Assembly (NCBI RefSeq): GCF_902713615.1
Contig: NC_052160.1
Span: 141,030,737 to 141,094,736 of the forward strand
Length of the DNA stretch: 64,000 bases
Direction: 5' to 3'
From: Scyliorhinus canicula
Lineage: Eukaryota
Position 1 is the stretch's first letter. Each line of letters begins with the position of its first letter. Both the position numbers and the translations under genes were made by a program. The notes beneath the pieces are model-generated. The model saw nothing but the letters and a program-made list of their open reading frames with translations, was not told where the DNA came from and did no database searches. This document shows positions 1 to 12,569 of the stretch, piece by piece.

Positions 1-662
1 GGCCTCCGCGATTCTCCACCTCCGGTGAGCCGAATTCCCGATGGTGCGGTTCACTTGTGCTTTTAAAAATCTTGCAACTGGCGTTGTGGCTGCTGAGGGA
101 GAGAGAGGGGGTACGGAAAGTGGCTAACATCACCATAGTGTACTCACAGTTGTGCCGCTGGCTGGGGGGCTTCTGTAGCGGGTGTGGGGGGGGGCAGGAA
201 GTGGGCCGTGGGGTCGGAGTGGATGGGTACGGAACACCATTGCCGCTGCCGGATAGGCAGTCATGCAGCTGCGCACGCTGACTGCCCACTGTAAACTTAG
301 GGCCACGGGTCATATAGGTGTCCCCCTCCAGGCCACCCCCCCCAGGTGCCCTCTGGCCCCAGCCGACCCATCAGCTATTTGGACACACTCCAGCGCAAGC
401 AGTGCCATCTTGTTGGCTGGAGTGAGTGTGTGTGGGGAGTGTAATGTGTGTGTTGGCGGCTGCAGCTTGTCAGCCTCCCGAGTGTCAATCACGGACCCGG
501 CGAATCCCGCACCGTTTCTCATTTGTTCCACACGGCGCTGGTGCTCTAGCCTCTCCACAGTCGCTGAATCAGGCCAGGTTCGGCGCCAGTTTTGCTGTCG
601 TGGAACTCCACGAATCCTGCCCCGGCTTCAACACTTAGTCCCAGGAACGGACAATACAGCCC
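1..662. mobile_element. PIF/Harbinger-type MITE, left end outside window
   Basis: GC-rich. Ends in degenerate TIR GGACAATACAGCCC, matching the GGAGAATC..GCCC ends of other copies in the window. Confidence 0.6.
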
Positions 663-721
663 CATATGTCTCCTCCACCATCTGATATTTGCCTTTACTA
701 CCCAATATCCAGTTAAATTAT

Positions 722-843
722 GATGTGGAGGTGCCGGTATTGGACTTGGATGAGCACAGTAAGAAGTGTTACAACACCAGATTAAAGTCCAACAGGTTTG
801 TTTCAAACACTAGCTTTCGGAGCACTGCTCCTTCCTCAGGTGA
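722..843 (-). mobile_element. Penelope-like (PLE) pLTR fragment
   Basis: Highly similar to 43781-43902 and inverted relative to 1029-1109. Contains a minimal hammerhead motif. Confidence 0.7.
808..842 (-). ncRNA. Minimal type-I hammerhead ribozyme motif (PLE-associated)
   Basis: Minus strand CAC-CTGAGGA-A-GGAGC-AGT-GCTCC-GAAA-GC-TA-GTG: stem I CAC/GTG, CUGANGA core, 5-bp stem II, GAAA, palindromic AGCT stem-III region. Confidence 0.7.
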
Positions 844-846
844 GAA

Positions 847-882
847 CCCTAACCCTAACCCTAACCCTAACCCTAACCCTAA
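847..882 (-). repeat. Interstitial telomeric repeat (CCCTAA)6 = (TTAGGG)6
   Basis: Six perfect units read directly, followed by T8. Confidence 0.95.
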
Positions 883-1028
883 TTTTTTTTCTTTCTTTTA
901 CTTATCCACTTTGGCAAAAAGGATAAAAAAGCTGTATAAAAAAGAGAAATTGCAGTTTGGGCCTATACACACATAGGAATGGCAGGTGATCTTCTCAAAA
1001 TTGATAAGATCCTGAGAGGGTGATCAGG

Positions 1029-1109
1029 TGAGGAAGGAGCAGTGCTCCGAAAGCTCGTGTTTGAAACAAACCTGTTGGACTTTAATCTGGTGTTGTAAGA
1101 CTTCTTACA
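1029..1109 (+). mobile_element. Inverted, truncated second copy of the PLE fragment
   Basis: Reverse complement of about 758-838. Hammerhead core starts GTGAGGA (C lost). Confidence 0.7.
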
Positions 1110-1409
1110 GTTAAGTTATAGCATAAACCAGGAGTGGGAGCATAAGATGTTAGCACATAATGACACAATAGAAATTCCACTTGGGCCACACAGGCAGTAG
1201 CTAAAACGCTGCAGCGTCATTAGCACATTTGAAAAGATCGACCTGTCATTTAGAAAGCGCTTTTCACAACATCAGAACAGCAAATTGAATACCTTTGGGA
1301 GTGTATTCACTGTTGTGATGGAGAAAATATGTTAGTCGACTTGTGCATAGTACGATGCCACAAACAGAAATGTGATAATGATCAGATAGTCTGCCTCTGT
1401 TGAGTTGGC

Positions 1410-1630
1410 TGCAATCAGTATTTGCTGGGGTATGGGCAAGAAGGCCACTGCGCATCTTCAAAATAATGCCATGTGATCTTCTTATCCACCTGAGAGGGAG
1501 GTCTGGCCTCTCAGTTTGACATCTCAGCTGAGTGAGACCACTTCAGACTCCCTCGACGCTGTGCTGGAGTGCCAAGCTGGATGTTGTGCTCAAGTCTACG
1601 TGTGTCTTCAACCCACAACCCTTTGGGCTG
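1410..1630 (-). mobile_element. DeuSINE (SacSINE1-like) remnant
   Basis: Reverse complement of the Deu-domain-like CTCTCAGGTGGAT..AAGATC..ATGGCA motif. Confidence 0.55.
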
Positions 1631-2119
1631 CAGGTGCGAACTGTACCATTCTGTCGCTGGAACTGGCAACCTGAGTCAGTTTGGATTCTGATCCCCCGTC
1701 TAATCCAGCGACGCTGAGGCCCATGGTTGTGCCGTCATCACCACCACAGCTGAAGTCAGCTCAGCTCATACAGCGCAGCTAAAGGATCAAACCAGGGCCA
1801 TTCTTGTCCGTACCGTTCTAGGCCAAACATTGACTGATTGATTCTTTCGCCAAACTCCCCACTTAACCCATTTTTGAGGTGTCAAAAGAATTTCAATGAA
1901 CTAAGAGACAGAGGCCAGAACTTTCCTCCTCTGCACTCTCCAGCTTTTGAATTCCCTGTCAATTAAATTAATTGGGGGTGTGGGGGGTGGAGTAAAGGCT
2001 AGCGTGTAAACAGATCAAAGGTTTGGGCTTGTATCCACATCAGCAAACAGAATTCAAATCGAATTGATTCATCCCAGGTTCAGCAATGGTGTAGACCTAC
2101 AAATCCTAGGGGGGGCACG

Positions 2120-2385
2120 GGGGCACAGGGGCACAGTGGGTTAGCATGGCTGCCTCACGGTGCCAGGGACCCAGGTTCGATTCCAGCCTTGGGTGACTGT
2201 CTGTGTGGAGTTTGCACGCTCTCCCCGTGTCTGCGAATTGAATAAACACTTCAAGGCAGAAAATCTGAAGGGCACTGGAGGAAGAGGAGGCATGCAATAT
2301 TAATTGGATAGCTCTTCCAAACTCCCGGCACAGACATGGTGGGTGAAATGGCCTTTTGTGCTGTAACCTTTTCTGATTCTATGGT
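2120..2385 (+). mobile_element. Truncated V-type/HE1 SINE head followed by CR1 3' tail
   Basis: tRNA-like A/B boxes (GGTTCGATTCC), start of V core, tail ending TTCTATG. Confidence 0.65.
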
Positions 2386-2687
2386 TGTTTTGATTGTTAA
2401 TTGCTTTGCGCAGGTATATTAGCTAGCTGGTGCATTTGATGGTTGTCATTGGGGGAAAGTTGTTCGCAAGGACACACTGGGAACTCCCTACTTGTCTTTG
2501 AGTATTGCCGTGGGATGTGTTGCCTGAAAGCTGCTCTATCACGGTGTTGGGGTCTCGGCTTTCAAATGAAAAATTAACCTGGAGCCCCTCAGCCTGTTCC
2601 TCTGGAGGTAAAAGATTCCATGGCACTGTTTCAATGAGAGTAGTGGTCGTCATTCCCAGTGTTCTGGTCAATATTCACTCCTCAATC

Positions 2688-2905
2688 AGGGACGGCATGG
2701 TGGCGCAGTGGTTAGTACTGCTGCCTCACGGCACCAAGGACCCGGCCCCGGGTCACTGTCCGTGTGGAGTTGGCACATTCTCCCCGTGTCTGCGTGGGTC
2801 TCACCCTTACAACCCAAAAGGATGTACAAAGTCGGTGAACTGGCCAAGTTAAATTGACCCTAAATTGGAAAAAGAAGAATTGGGTACTCTAAATTTAAGA
2901 AAAAT
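2688..2905 (+). mobile_element. Short A-tailed V-type SINE inside a DeuSINE remnant (about 2570-2990)
   Basis: Same subtype as 40004-40233, 49324-49530, 59612-59839. Confidence 0.75.
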
Positions 2906-3545
2906 ATATTTCAAATATATATAGTCAAAATCAGATTGTTTGATCGTTATGGCAACGCTGTTTGAGGGAGTTTGTTCAGCATCCAGTGGCTGCCATGACA
3001 ACAGCGTCTATGGCCGAGATTCCCTGGAATCTCCAACATTGTTCCCCAACATTGGCCACCCTGCCGCTGTCGGTGGGACTTCCCATTGAATCCGGCCCAC
3101 TCCGCCCGGACACCCGGAGCGAGGTTGCACCATCGGCGGAATTGGAAACCCCCGACGCTTGAACAACCAAAATCCCCCCCCCCTGAACGTACTTAATTGG
3201 CTGTCGAGTGATTTGAGATTTCTGGTGGTTGTGAAAAGCACAATCCAAATGCAAAATTTTCTTTTCATTTGAATCACCGGAATAGGCAGATGGCATTTCT
3301 GGAGGATGCTGTGTTGTCAGGATTGCCCTGGAGTGTCCAGGAATTAAACATTCACCTCCTAATATTGCTGCGAGAAACTCGGGGGAAAATACGTCGGTGC
3401 AATAAACTTTTTGTTTATTGATTGTAAACATATTGGAAGTGTAAAGATAGGCTGTATGACTGAGTGGGGCATTTGGAGGTGGGGCCGGGGTGGGCACGTA
3501 GTGAAACCTCCAAGAATAAGTCTGACCAGAGTTAGCAACCCTAGT

Positions 3546-3883
3546 AGGGCAGCACGGTGGCACAGTGGTTAGCGCTGCTGCCTCACAGCTCCAGGGACCC
3601 GGGTTCAATTCTGGCCTCGGGTGACTGTGTGGAGTTTGCACGTTCTCCCCGTGTCTACGTGGGTTTCCTCCGGGTGCTCCGGTTTCCTCCCAGTCCAAAA
3701 ATGTGCAAGTTAGGTGGATTGGCTGCGCTAAATTGCCCCTTTGTGTCCAAAAGGTTAGGTGGGGTTACTGCATTACGGGGATAGGGTAGAGGTGGGGCTT
3801 AAGTACTTGCTCTTTCCAAAGGCAGTGCAGGCTCGAAGGGCCGGATGGCCTCCTTCTGCGCTGTAAATTCTATGATTTTATGA
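3546..3883 (+). mobile_element. HE1/V-type SINE, CR1-type tail
   Basis: GGGCAGCACGGTGGCACAGTGG head, B box, V core, tail GGCCTCCTTCTGC..TTCTATG. Confidence 0.85.
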
Positions 3884-5691
3884 AAATGCAGCACTCCCTT
3901 AATACTGCATGTGAAGCATCAGCCTGAATTCAGCACGGGGACCCTGGAGTAGGGCTTGAGCCTACAACCCTTCGACCCAGTCAGCCAACCTGGTGCCAAG
4001 ATTGGTGGGAAGGGACCGAAAGAATAATCCTTTGATTCAGCAGCATGACCTGAAACGAAGGAGTCTTTTCACGCTGTGGCTGGCAGAGCCGAGTGGCACG
4101 TAATGCTGAGACCTGAATCTGTGACTTCCTGTTTCTGAAGCACATCAGTTTCCTCCCCTCACTTTATCCTCTGACTTTTCACAGACTGAGCTCATTTCTG
4201 GTGCCATATGAAATAACGAATTGGTTTCAGTCGAAACAGACCCGAAAATTTCCAGTGCAGGCCTGCATAACCACATATCAACGGGCAACAAAATTAGACT
4301 CGCAAATCACAGTTCCAAAAGGACAGGATATGCCAAAGTAATGGCAATGGCAGGTTGCAGGCGACGCACAAGGCAGCAGCTTTGAGTCTGTGCAACATTT
4401 TCACCTCCTAACCGTGTAGGGAACAGGGAGGAAGAAATAAGTACATGACTGGTACGACCACAGTAACAAAGTGCCAGCAGGAAGCCAGCAAACCACACTG
4501 ATCCTCAAAACAATATAAAACAATAAATAAAGTCCCGAAATCAGTTCATAAACCTGTGGACTGGTTTGTGAGCCCGTTATTAACCTTTGCTCAGTCAACA
4601 ACAACAACAACAACAAGCTGCATTTATATTAGCGACTAAAGTAATTGCCTCAGTACGCTCCTTTGCGTTATCAACCAGAATTTCTGACACCAAGCTTGAC
4701 TAAAGAGATTTTAATGTAAGACACCGATATCGAAAATGATGGGCTTTTTTGGGTCCTGAAGGAGGAGAGAGAGGCAGAGAAATCTAGGAAGAGAACTTTG
4801 GGACCATGACGTGTTGCAAACATATGGCCACTACATTGTGCATTTTAGTGACAGAGTGCAAGGACTGAATGCAAGCTTTTATCTGGCCCAGCTCTCTGAA
4901 CGAAAGGAGTTCCAGTGTCAAAATAAACCACCTATCCATTTTTCCTACATTCTTCTTTTCTCTCTGCCTTATGTCTATTGGTGTTGTACTGTCTTCCAGA
5001 TGGCGTGCTCCCAGAGTTCACTGAAGGTACATTATCCTCTACCTGACTGCCTTTAGAGCCATTAATCAATGGTCAGCTCACAAGGCAAATAAATAAACGT
5101 TACGAAACTCTAGAAATTAGACAGAGACGGTGACCTTTTCAAAATATTGTATCACAATAATCTTCTGACAGAATGGGTGTCTTGTGGTCCGAGTTGAACT
5201 TGAAAGCACCAGGATGTAAATAAATATTCACCGAGGTGGCCAGACACATCAAAAGTTTTCATACACTGGATTTGCTGCTGCGTGTGATTGATGTGGTAGC
5301 ATAAATTAGTTCTGGTGTTGATGGGTTTCTGTGAAAGATTCAAAAGATGTTTGGGTTTTGAGAGAGAGAGAGAGAGAAATAAGCGGAGCAGAGTACGTCC
5401 ACTGTGAACTCAATAAAGGTATTTGCTTTAATGAGGTTGCTGCGCACTGGAGTTAGGGATGGATGTCGTGGAGGTGTGAGATGTCTGACAGCTAAATATG
5501 TCTGCGAAAGATCCTGCCTCAGTCACAGAGATGGCGAATAATCGTTGAAAATAAGTGCCGCTGATCAGAGACACGCGAACAGGCTAGGATATTAAAATAA
5601 ATAAGAGGTAATTTTCTGTATTCCGCAATGATCTGGCAGGGAATCTGTTCGATTTTCTGAGTTTAGCAAAGCACTGGTCGAGAGGCCAGGA

Positions 5692-5982
5692 AGGGCGGCA
5701 GGGTTGCACAGTGGTTAGCTCTGCTGCTTCACAGCGCCAGGGACCCGGGTTCGATTCCCGGTTTGGGCCACTGTCTGTGCGGAGTCTGCACGTTCTCCCC
5801 GTGTCTGGGTGGGTTTCCTCCGGGTGCTCCGGTTTCCTCCCACAAATCCCGAAAGACGTGCTTGTTAAGTGAATCGGACATTCTGATTTCTCCCTCAGTG
5901 TACCCGAACAGGCGGCGGAATGTGGCGACTCGGGGCTTTTTATAGTGTTAATGTAAGCCTACTTGTGACAATAACGATAATG
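5692..5982 (+). mobile_element. V-type SINE with alternative GTGACAATAA tail
   Basis: Same head and core, different 3' part. Second copy at 21052-21357. Confidence 0.8.
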
Positions 5983-6349
5983 AATTAACATTCGAATTTA
6001 ATCTCTGAGTGTAATAAAATTGATGTCAATTTTGTTATTTCATGCGCCAGAGGTGTTCAATTTTCAGTAGACTTTTCAAAAAGGCATATAAATAAAAGTT
6101 AAATTTCTTGGAAAATGTCAGACTATTTTGAAGCCTTTAAGTTTTATTTTATATCTCTAAACATTTAAACATTTGTGAACTATCAAATATTAATCGTCCT
6201 CTATTTTCTGCCACAGACATAACATTTTGTGTTTTACATTGTTCCTTTTATTTTTAAGTTGGAAGTTTTTGAGACAGCTACAGTGAAGCTACCTTTGCGT
6301 TAGCAATCACGGGCCCATTCAATCATCTCCGTGCTTTGATTTCAGGTTA

Positions 6350-6620
6350 GGATTACTTGGTTGAGTGGCAGCACTCCCGCTTTGGTAACAAAACCATTGT
6401 GGGTTTAAACCCCACTCCAGGGACTTAGAACACATATTCTAGGCTGATACTTCAGCTCCGCACTGAGGGAGTGCTGCACTTTTCAAAGGTGCCAACTTTC
6501 AGAGTCGACATTAAACCGAGACCCCGTTGCCCTCTCAGGTGGACATAAGAAATCAGATGAGTTCTCAGCCAACATGCATACCTTAACCAGTGAAAATAGA
6601 TGCTCTGTTTACCTATCTCA
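6350..6620 (+). mobile_element. DeuSINE (SacSINE1-like) remnant
   Basis: CTGAGGGAGTGCTGCAC...TTAAACCGAG...CCCTCTCAGGTGGA Deu-domain-like motif. Confidence 0.65.
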
Positions 6621-6949
6621 GCGTTCCCAAACGTTCCCAGCCACAGAACCATTTTGACTTTCCAAGACTACTGACAGAACTCCAAAGAAACCTTTTTATT
6701 ATATTGAAGAAGTAAACCACAAAGATGTGATTATTATTGTGCAACAGGTACAAACTTACAAAAACAAATTTCAAAGATGTTTCTATGTCTTATATGTATA
6801 TATTTATTAGAATTAAAAAGTTCTCTTATTCAACAAAAACTTTCAAGTCTTAACTTATTTTTGTTATTTTTAATAGGAGGGATGATTCTGATCCTTTGCT
6901 CACAAATTCATTTACTATCAAGATTGCTGCTGGAGAGCTGGATTCTCAT

Positions 6950-7630
6950 TACAGACACAAACGCACACACACACACTCAGCTCCCTCATGCATACACACA
7001 CTTACCTCTTGTGCACACACACTTGCCTCCCTAACACATGCACTCACCTCTCTCACACACACACCTCTCTCATGCACACACACACCTTTCTCACACACAT
7101 TTATGTCACACACACACACTCCCCTCTCACACATGCACACTCACCTCTCTCACACAAACTCACCTTCCATATACACACCTCTCACACACACGCTCAGCTC
7201 TCACACACACACACACTCACTTCTCACACACACACACTCACCTCACACATACATACTCACCTCTCTCTCACACACACTCACCTCTCTCTCTCACACACAC
7301 ACACTCGCCTCTCTCTCACACACACTCGCCTCTCTCTCTCACACACTCACCTCTCTCACACACACACATACTCGCCTCTCTCTCACACACACACACACTC
7401 ACTTCTCTCTCTCACAAGCACTCACCTCTCTCTCACACACACTCACCTCTTTCTCACACACACACTCCCCTCTCTCACACACACTCACCTCTCTCACACA
7501 TACTCACCTCTCTCTCTCACACGTACTCGCCTCTCCCTCACACACTTACCTCTGTCTCTCACACACACTGACCTCTCTCTCACGCACACTCACCTCTCGC
7601 TCACACACACTCACCTCTCGATCTCACACA
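6950..7630. repeat. Compound (CA)n/(CT)n minisatellite
   Basis: Recurrent unit of about 21-25 bp: ACTCACCTC(TC)nA(CA)n. Confidence 0.9.
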
Positions 7631-7635
7631 GAATC

Positions 7636-7850
7636 TGATGGAACCATCAATTCACCAGACACGTGTTTCCGATATGAATCTAGGCTTTAATCGACTTACT
7701 TCAGATCCAGCCTGTTACCCGTTGATGAACTCGTAGTGAACTCAGGCTGACTCTGGACAAGGGTATTTATACAGCGGCACTAGGGGGAGGAGTCATGGGC
7801 GGAGCTAAGGGTGGAGCCCAGTACAAGTTCCTGAGTACTCACAGAGCTGT
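7636..7850 (-). mobile_element. Truncated solo LTR
   Basis: Starts TGATGGAACCATCAATT like the LTRs at 12284/16917. Colinear with the solo LTR at 32198-32504. Confidence 0.7.
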
Positions 7851-8361
7851 TGGGAGTTTCACTGACTTGCAGGTATTTACAGCTCGTCCAAATCAGAGGA
7901 CTCCTTCTCAGTTCATTAGCAGCTGATAGGCTGACTAGTGCATCTATCAGTAGCCAACCAAGTGAAAAGTCTGCCTTCAATTCAAACATTTTAAATGGCC
8001 AGACTGACTGCAGAATCCTTGGGTGGGTCCCAGGGGACCCCAGGGTGCTGCGAAACTCAGTGTGGGAAACATTGATCTACCTCATTGCTGATTGGGGACC
8101 GAGCTATATGCAAATTAGCTGCTGTGTTTCCTACATTGTAACAATGATTATCCTTCAAAAGTACCTAATTGGCTGTAATGTGTTGATGTCCCGAGGAAGG
8201 CTCTGTATTGAATGGGAAGTTCATGTGTATTGAACCCTGATTAAACACAAGACGGTGACATAACTGTAGGTATGAGAGAGATGCCCAGATATGAAGAAAA
8301 GGGGTCTGAAGGAATGCGGATACATGATGGGTAACTGATTGGGACAATATTGCTGAGATGA

Positions 8362-8993
8362 AGGTCTGCTCTCCGACGGCAAAATCACGTTCAGCGATCG
8401 GCCTGAGAATCCACATTGGCGCCGAATTCGGGGGTGGCGTCGCGTTTGCGATGCTTCATCCTCTACAAAACGGCGTACTCCGCCGTATGGATGGCCTCAG
8501 AACATTACCTGAAGCCCTCCCCCCGATACTCCGCCCCAGACGGGCCGAGTTCCCGAAGGCGTGGGTCACTCATGCTATTTTCTTTCGGGAACTCAGCATG
8601 GCGGCTGCGGACTGAGTCCAGCGCCACCACAGTCGGGGGTGAACCGATCCGTGGGCAGGGGGGCTTTGGCAGGGGCTGTGGGCACTGGTGGGGGGTGATC
8701 TGGGGGTGGCAAGCCTGGTCAAAGGGGCAGTATTTGGCAGGCCGGATCCGCACGCGGGTGGTGCCATGTTGCACGGCGTGGCCGCTGCAGGCCGCTGTAA
8801 ACATGCGCGGCCATGGACCCAGCAATTCTCCGGCCGTGTCGGCAGCTGGCGCTGGGAGCTCTACGCTACGTGGCTGCTAGCCCCCAATAGACGGAGGAAC
8901 AGTGGCCATTTTGTGTTGTTTTTTCGGTCGTAAAACGCTACCCGTTCCCAGGCCAGCATCAGGACATAGTCTCCAAATCGGAGAATCCAGCCC
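8362..8993. mobile_element. Harbinger-type MITE
   Basis: Right TIR CGGAGAATCCAGCCC, degenerate left TIR, CpG-rich interior. Confidence 0.65.
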
Positions 8994-9439
8994 AATGTCT
9001 CTGAGACCCAAAATGTTGCAGGGGAGGAAATTGCCAGTGTAACATTTGCACTTCCCCATGCCATGCCTGTCTGAGCAAGATGGACAATTTACTCTATCTG
9101 ATTCCTCAGATCTCTGCCCGAAGGCAGTTCTGACCCACTGTGCCACTATCTCCACCATGGGTTGGGCAAGGGGGTTGGTCCAAAATTCATCCCAATGAGA
9201 ATAGGGGTCAATCCCCAAGCGGTTGGCACCAATCCAATCCACACTGGTCATCCAACCAACAAATATTTCCTGCCTTCCCTGCTATATTTCAGATTTTTAT
9301 TGTGCACGGCATTTTGTTTTTTCTATTACTGGCAGCCTAATGATAATTCTATCCCATGGGCTCATGTCCAGCCAACTGGTCAACACTGCGACAACTCACG
9401 CTAGTTTTATTTTATATATTCGTTCACGGCATTACTCTC

Positions 9440-9830
9440 AAAGCCAGCATTTATTGCCCATTCCTAATTGCCCATGAGAACGTGGTGGCGAGCTGTCTTC
9501 TTCGACTGCTTCAGTTTCTGTGATGTAGGTACACCTAAAGTGCTGTTAGGGAAGGATTTCAAGAATTTTGATCCAGTGACAATGAAGGAACGTTGATATA
9601 ATTGCGAGATTGGTACATGACTTGGAGGGGAACTTGCATGTAGCAGTGGTCCCTGCATCTCCTGCTCTTGTTCTTCTAGGCGGTGAGGATCAGGGGTTTG
9701 GAAAGTGATGTTAAAGGAGCCTTGGTGAGTTGCTACGCGGAACACAGTGCTCTCACTGATAGTAGAGGGAGTGAAAGTGCTGGATGAGGTGGCGATCAAG
9801 CAAGCTACTTTGTACAGATTCGCGTAGGAC
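9440..9830 (-). mobile_element. Old CR1/L2-group LINE 3' end
   Basis: Same sequence recurs at about 10790-10920, 28840-29080 and 31930-32050. Confidence 0.55.
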
Positions 9831-10359
9831 AACAAGCAGATGAGTCTTTCATCCATTTACTCTGATTGGGATTTGAATCTGGGTTCTGACGTTGAAACCT
9901 CACTCAATGCACCTGCCAATCCCCTTCAAATTTGCCTTTTAACCAAGTTTCCAGTCAACAATCTGTCGTAAAACAACAGGAAACTGCTGAATTGTTCCAG
10001 GAATGTTTCATCTAACATCAGGCCAGTGTGTCCACATTATGCTTCCTCCTTCAATAGATAAATCCCTGCCGTATCAGCTACACAATTCGTGAAATAGCGC
10101 CCATCTTCTGTTTTTGTCCTCAGTTACCACGTTTGGGAAGAAAGGATTTGTGGTCAGATAATACAACGTATGAAAATGCAGCTTAATCATAAATTCTGTC
10201 AGGCTTTATTTGAATTTAGACCTTTTGAAGTTTTACTGACTTAACATTGGCAGTGATTCAGAGCAGTGAGTTTACTGTCTGGCTGGAAGCAGGAAACTGT
10301 TCAGTAACAGTAAGAGTAATAAGATTTAAGTGTTTCGTAATCAAGATATTTAAAGACTA

Positions 10360-10770
10360 TGGGTGCGATTTACTGGCCTGGCCGCACCCGATGTGGTGTC
10401 GCGACGAGGCCGTTGTGAGATTCAACCGAAACACGTGAGACGTCGCAATCTGGATCCCGCCCCCTCTGGCCGAGATCCAGGTGTGCATATTTAAATGAAC
10501 CATCAGGTTTATTTAAATATGAGCTCGCCGGATTCCCCCCGGCGCCCAGGACCTAATGGCCGTTCCTGGGAGCCTTCGCCAGGACGCTGTTTAGTGCTGG
10601 TTTCGGCAAACGTGCACCAGCTGTAATGGCACCTGGGAGGTGGGGTCTCCCAGTCGATTAGAGACCCTCGGGTGGTTGGGCATTGGGCAGGGTGGTACCA
10701 CAGCACTCCCGCTGGTACCTGGGCACCTTGTCACTACAGCCTATCACCTTGACACTGCCACCCGGGGGTG
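10360..10770. mobile_element. Degenerate Harbinger-type MITE
   Basis: GGGTGCGATTTA start, similar to 21364 and 45035. GC-rich body. Confidence 0.45.
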
Positions 10771-10919
10771 ACGTACCTATTAGAGGTTGGTCGGCTAAGC
10801 CAGCATTGGTTACCCATCCCTAATTGAGAAGGTGGTGGTGAGCTGCCTTCTTGAACTGCTGCAGCTCATGGAGTGTAGGTACACCCAGGGAGTTCCAGGA
10901 ATTTAACCCAGCGATAGTG

Positions 10920-11875
10920 AGGGCAGTTACTAATGGGGTGCCGCAACGATCAGTGCTTGGGCCACAGGCGTTCACAATCTATATCGATGATTTGGATGCG
11001 GGGACCAAATGTAATATTTCCAAATTTACCAATGACACTAAATTAGGTGGGAATGTGTGTTGGGAGGGGGGTGCGGGGAGGCTTCGAGGGGATTCAGACC
11101 AGCTAGATAGACGGGCAAGAACTCTTTTTACATTTTTCCTATTAAAGGCAATTTAGTGTGGCCAATCCGCCTACTATGCACATCTTTGGGATGTGGGGGC
11201 AAGACCCACGCAGTCACTGGGAGAATGTGCAAACTCCACACGGACAGTGACCCAGAGCTGGGATCGAACCTGGGACCTCGGCGCCGTGAGCAGGCAGTGT
11301 GGGTGGAAGGACAGGAACATGGAGTGAAGATGTCTTGCTGCAATTGAATAGTCTTGGTGAGGCTGCACCTGGAATGTAATGTACAGTTTGGGCCTCCTTA
11401 TCTAAGGAAGGATGTGTTACTCTAGATGGAGTGGAAGAGAGGTTGGCCAGGCTAATCCCTGGGATGACAGAGTTATCTTATAAGGAGAGCTTGAAGGAAC
11501 TGGGCCTCTGTCCTCTAGAGTTTCAAAGATTGAGAGGTGGTCTTATTGAAACTTGCAGCATATGACAGGGTAGATGTGGATAGGGTGTTTTACCTGACTG
11601 GCGAGTCTAGAACTAGGAGACAGGGGTAGGCTGTTTGAGACTGAGATGAGAGGAGTTTTCGAGAGTGGTGAATCTTTTTACACCAGAGGGCTGTGGAAGC
11701 ACAATCGTTGAGCATGTTCAAGACAGATATCGATAAATATCTGGATACGAATAACATCAGGGGAAATGGGGATAGTAGGGTAAAATGGCAGGATGGGTAG
11801 ATGATCAGCAATGATCTGTTTGGGTGGCAGAGCAGACTCGATGGGCTGAATGGCCTCGCCTCCTCCTATTTCCTA
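10920..11875 (+). mobile_element. CR1 LINE 3' part, interrupted by minus-strand SINE (11122-11292)
   Basis: GVPQRSVLGPQAFTIYIDDLD...SKFTNDTKLGG RT motif and CR1 tail. Confidence 0.8.
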
Positions 11876-12121
11876 TGCTCCAATGTAGCTCCTGGCGTGA
11901 TTCACTTGAGTGTGCGCAGCTGCCGCAGATGGCATTTTGAAGTCGAAGGACACTCGGTACAGCCAAACAAATTGGCACAATCCCATTCATCGCTGTCTGG
12001 ATCTACCCTTTCAAATCCCTTTATCATTGCAAACACCTCGACCAGATCATCCCTCAACTTTAATAACTCAAGGGCCAAGTTTATGTTGTCATTCTGGTGC
12101 CTCTGCATTTCAAACTCTAAA

Positions 12122-12237
12122 GGCCGGGATTCCCTGATCCGAGTCCTCTGCGGATTAGCTGCAAGCCCAGAACGGTCAATTTCACAGCAGCAAGACCGGA
12201 GAATCCTGCCGCCGCCAACTTAAGTGGAATTCCGGCC
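12122..12237. mobile_element. 116-bp mini-MITE
   Basis: TIRs GGCCGGGATTCC / GGAATTCCGGCC. Confidence 0.55.
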
Positions 12238-12283
12238 AATATCTCACTTCTACAGACGTGTATCCAAAACCCATTGCACTGTG

Positions 12284-12569
12284 TGATGAACCATCAATTG
12301 AACGCGAGATGAGTTGCTGTACAAAAGTTAGGCTTTAATAAGCTAGATATTAGCCCTGCGGTCGACTACAGTAAATGGACGACCGCCGGGCGTTCTGGAT
12401 ATTTATACCTCGCTCTGGAGGCGGGATTAATTCAGCCTCTCGACCAATCGGGGAGCCGTCACATGACTGGTCTCAACCAATCGGTTGAGAGGCACATGAC
12501 CGACCAGGGCCAATGGTAAGCCGGTGTTCTGCACCAATGGCAGACAGCTATGCAAATCATACCACCACA
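12284..12569 (-). repeat. 3' LTR of Gypsy element
   Basis: Direct repeat of 16917-17202. Confidence 0.95.

Noticed and set aside
3546-3620. tRNA genes at SINE heads (many copies)
   Set aside because: The A/B boxes run into SINE core and tail sequence, so these are SINE promoters.
6896-7690. Long His/Thr/Ser/Leu-rich ORFs in three frames
   Set aside because: Artefact of the CA/CT satellite, which lacks stop codons.
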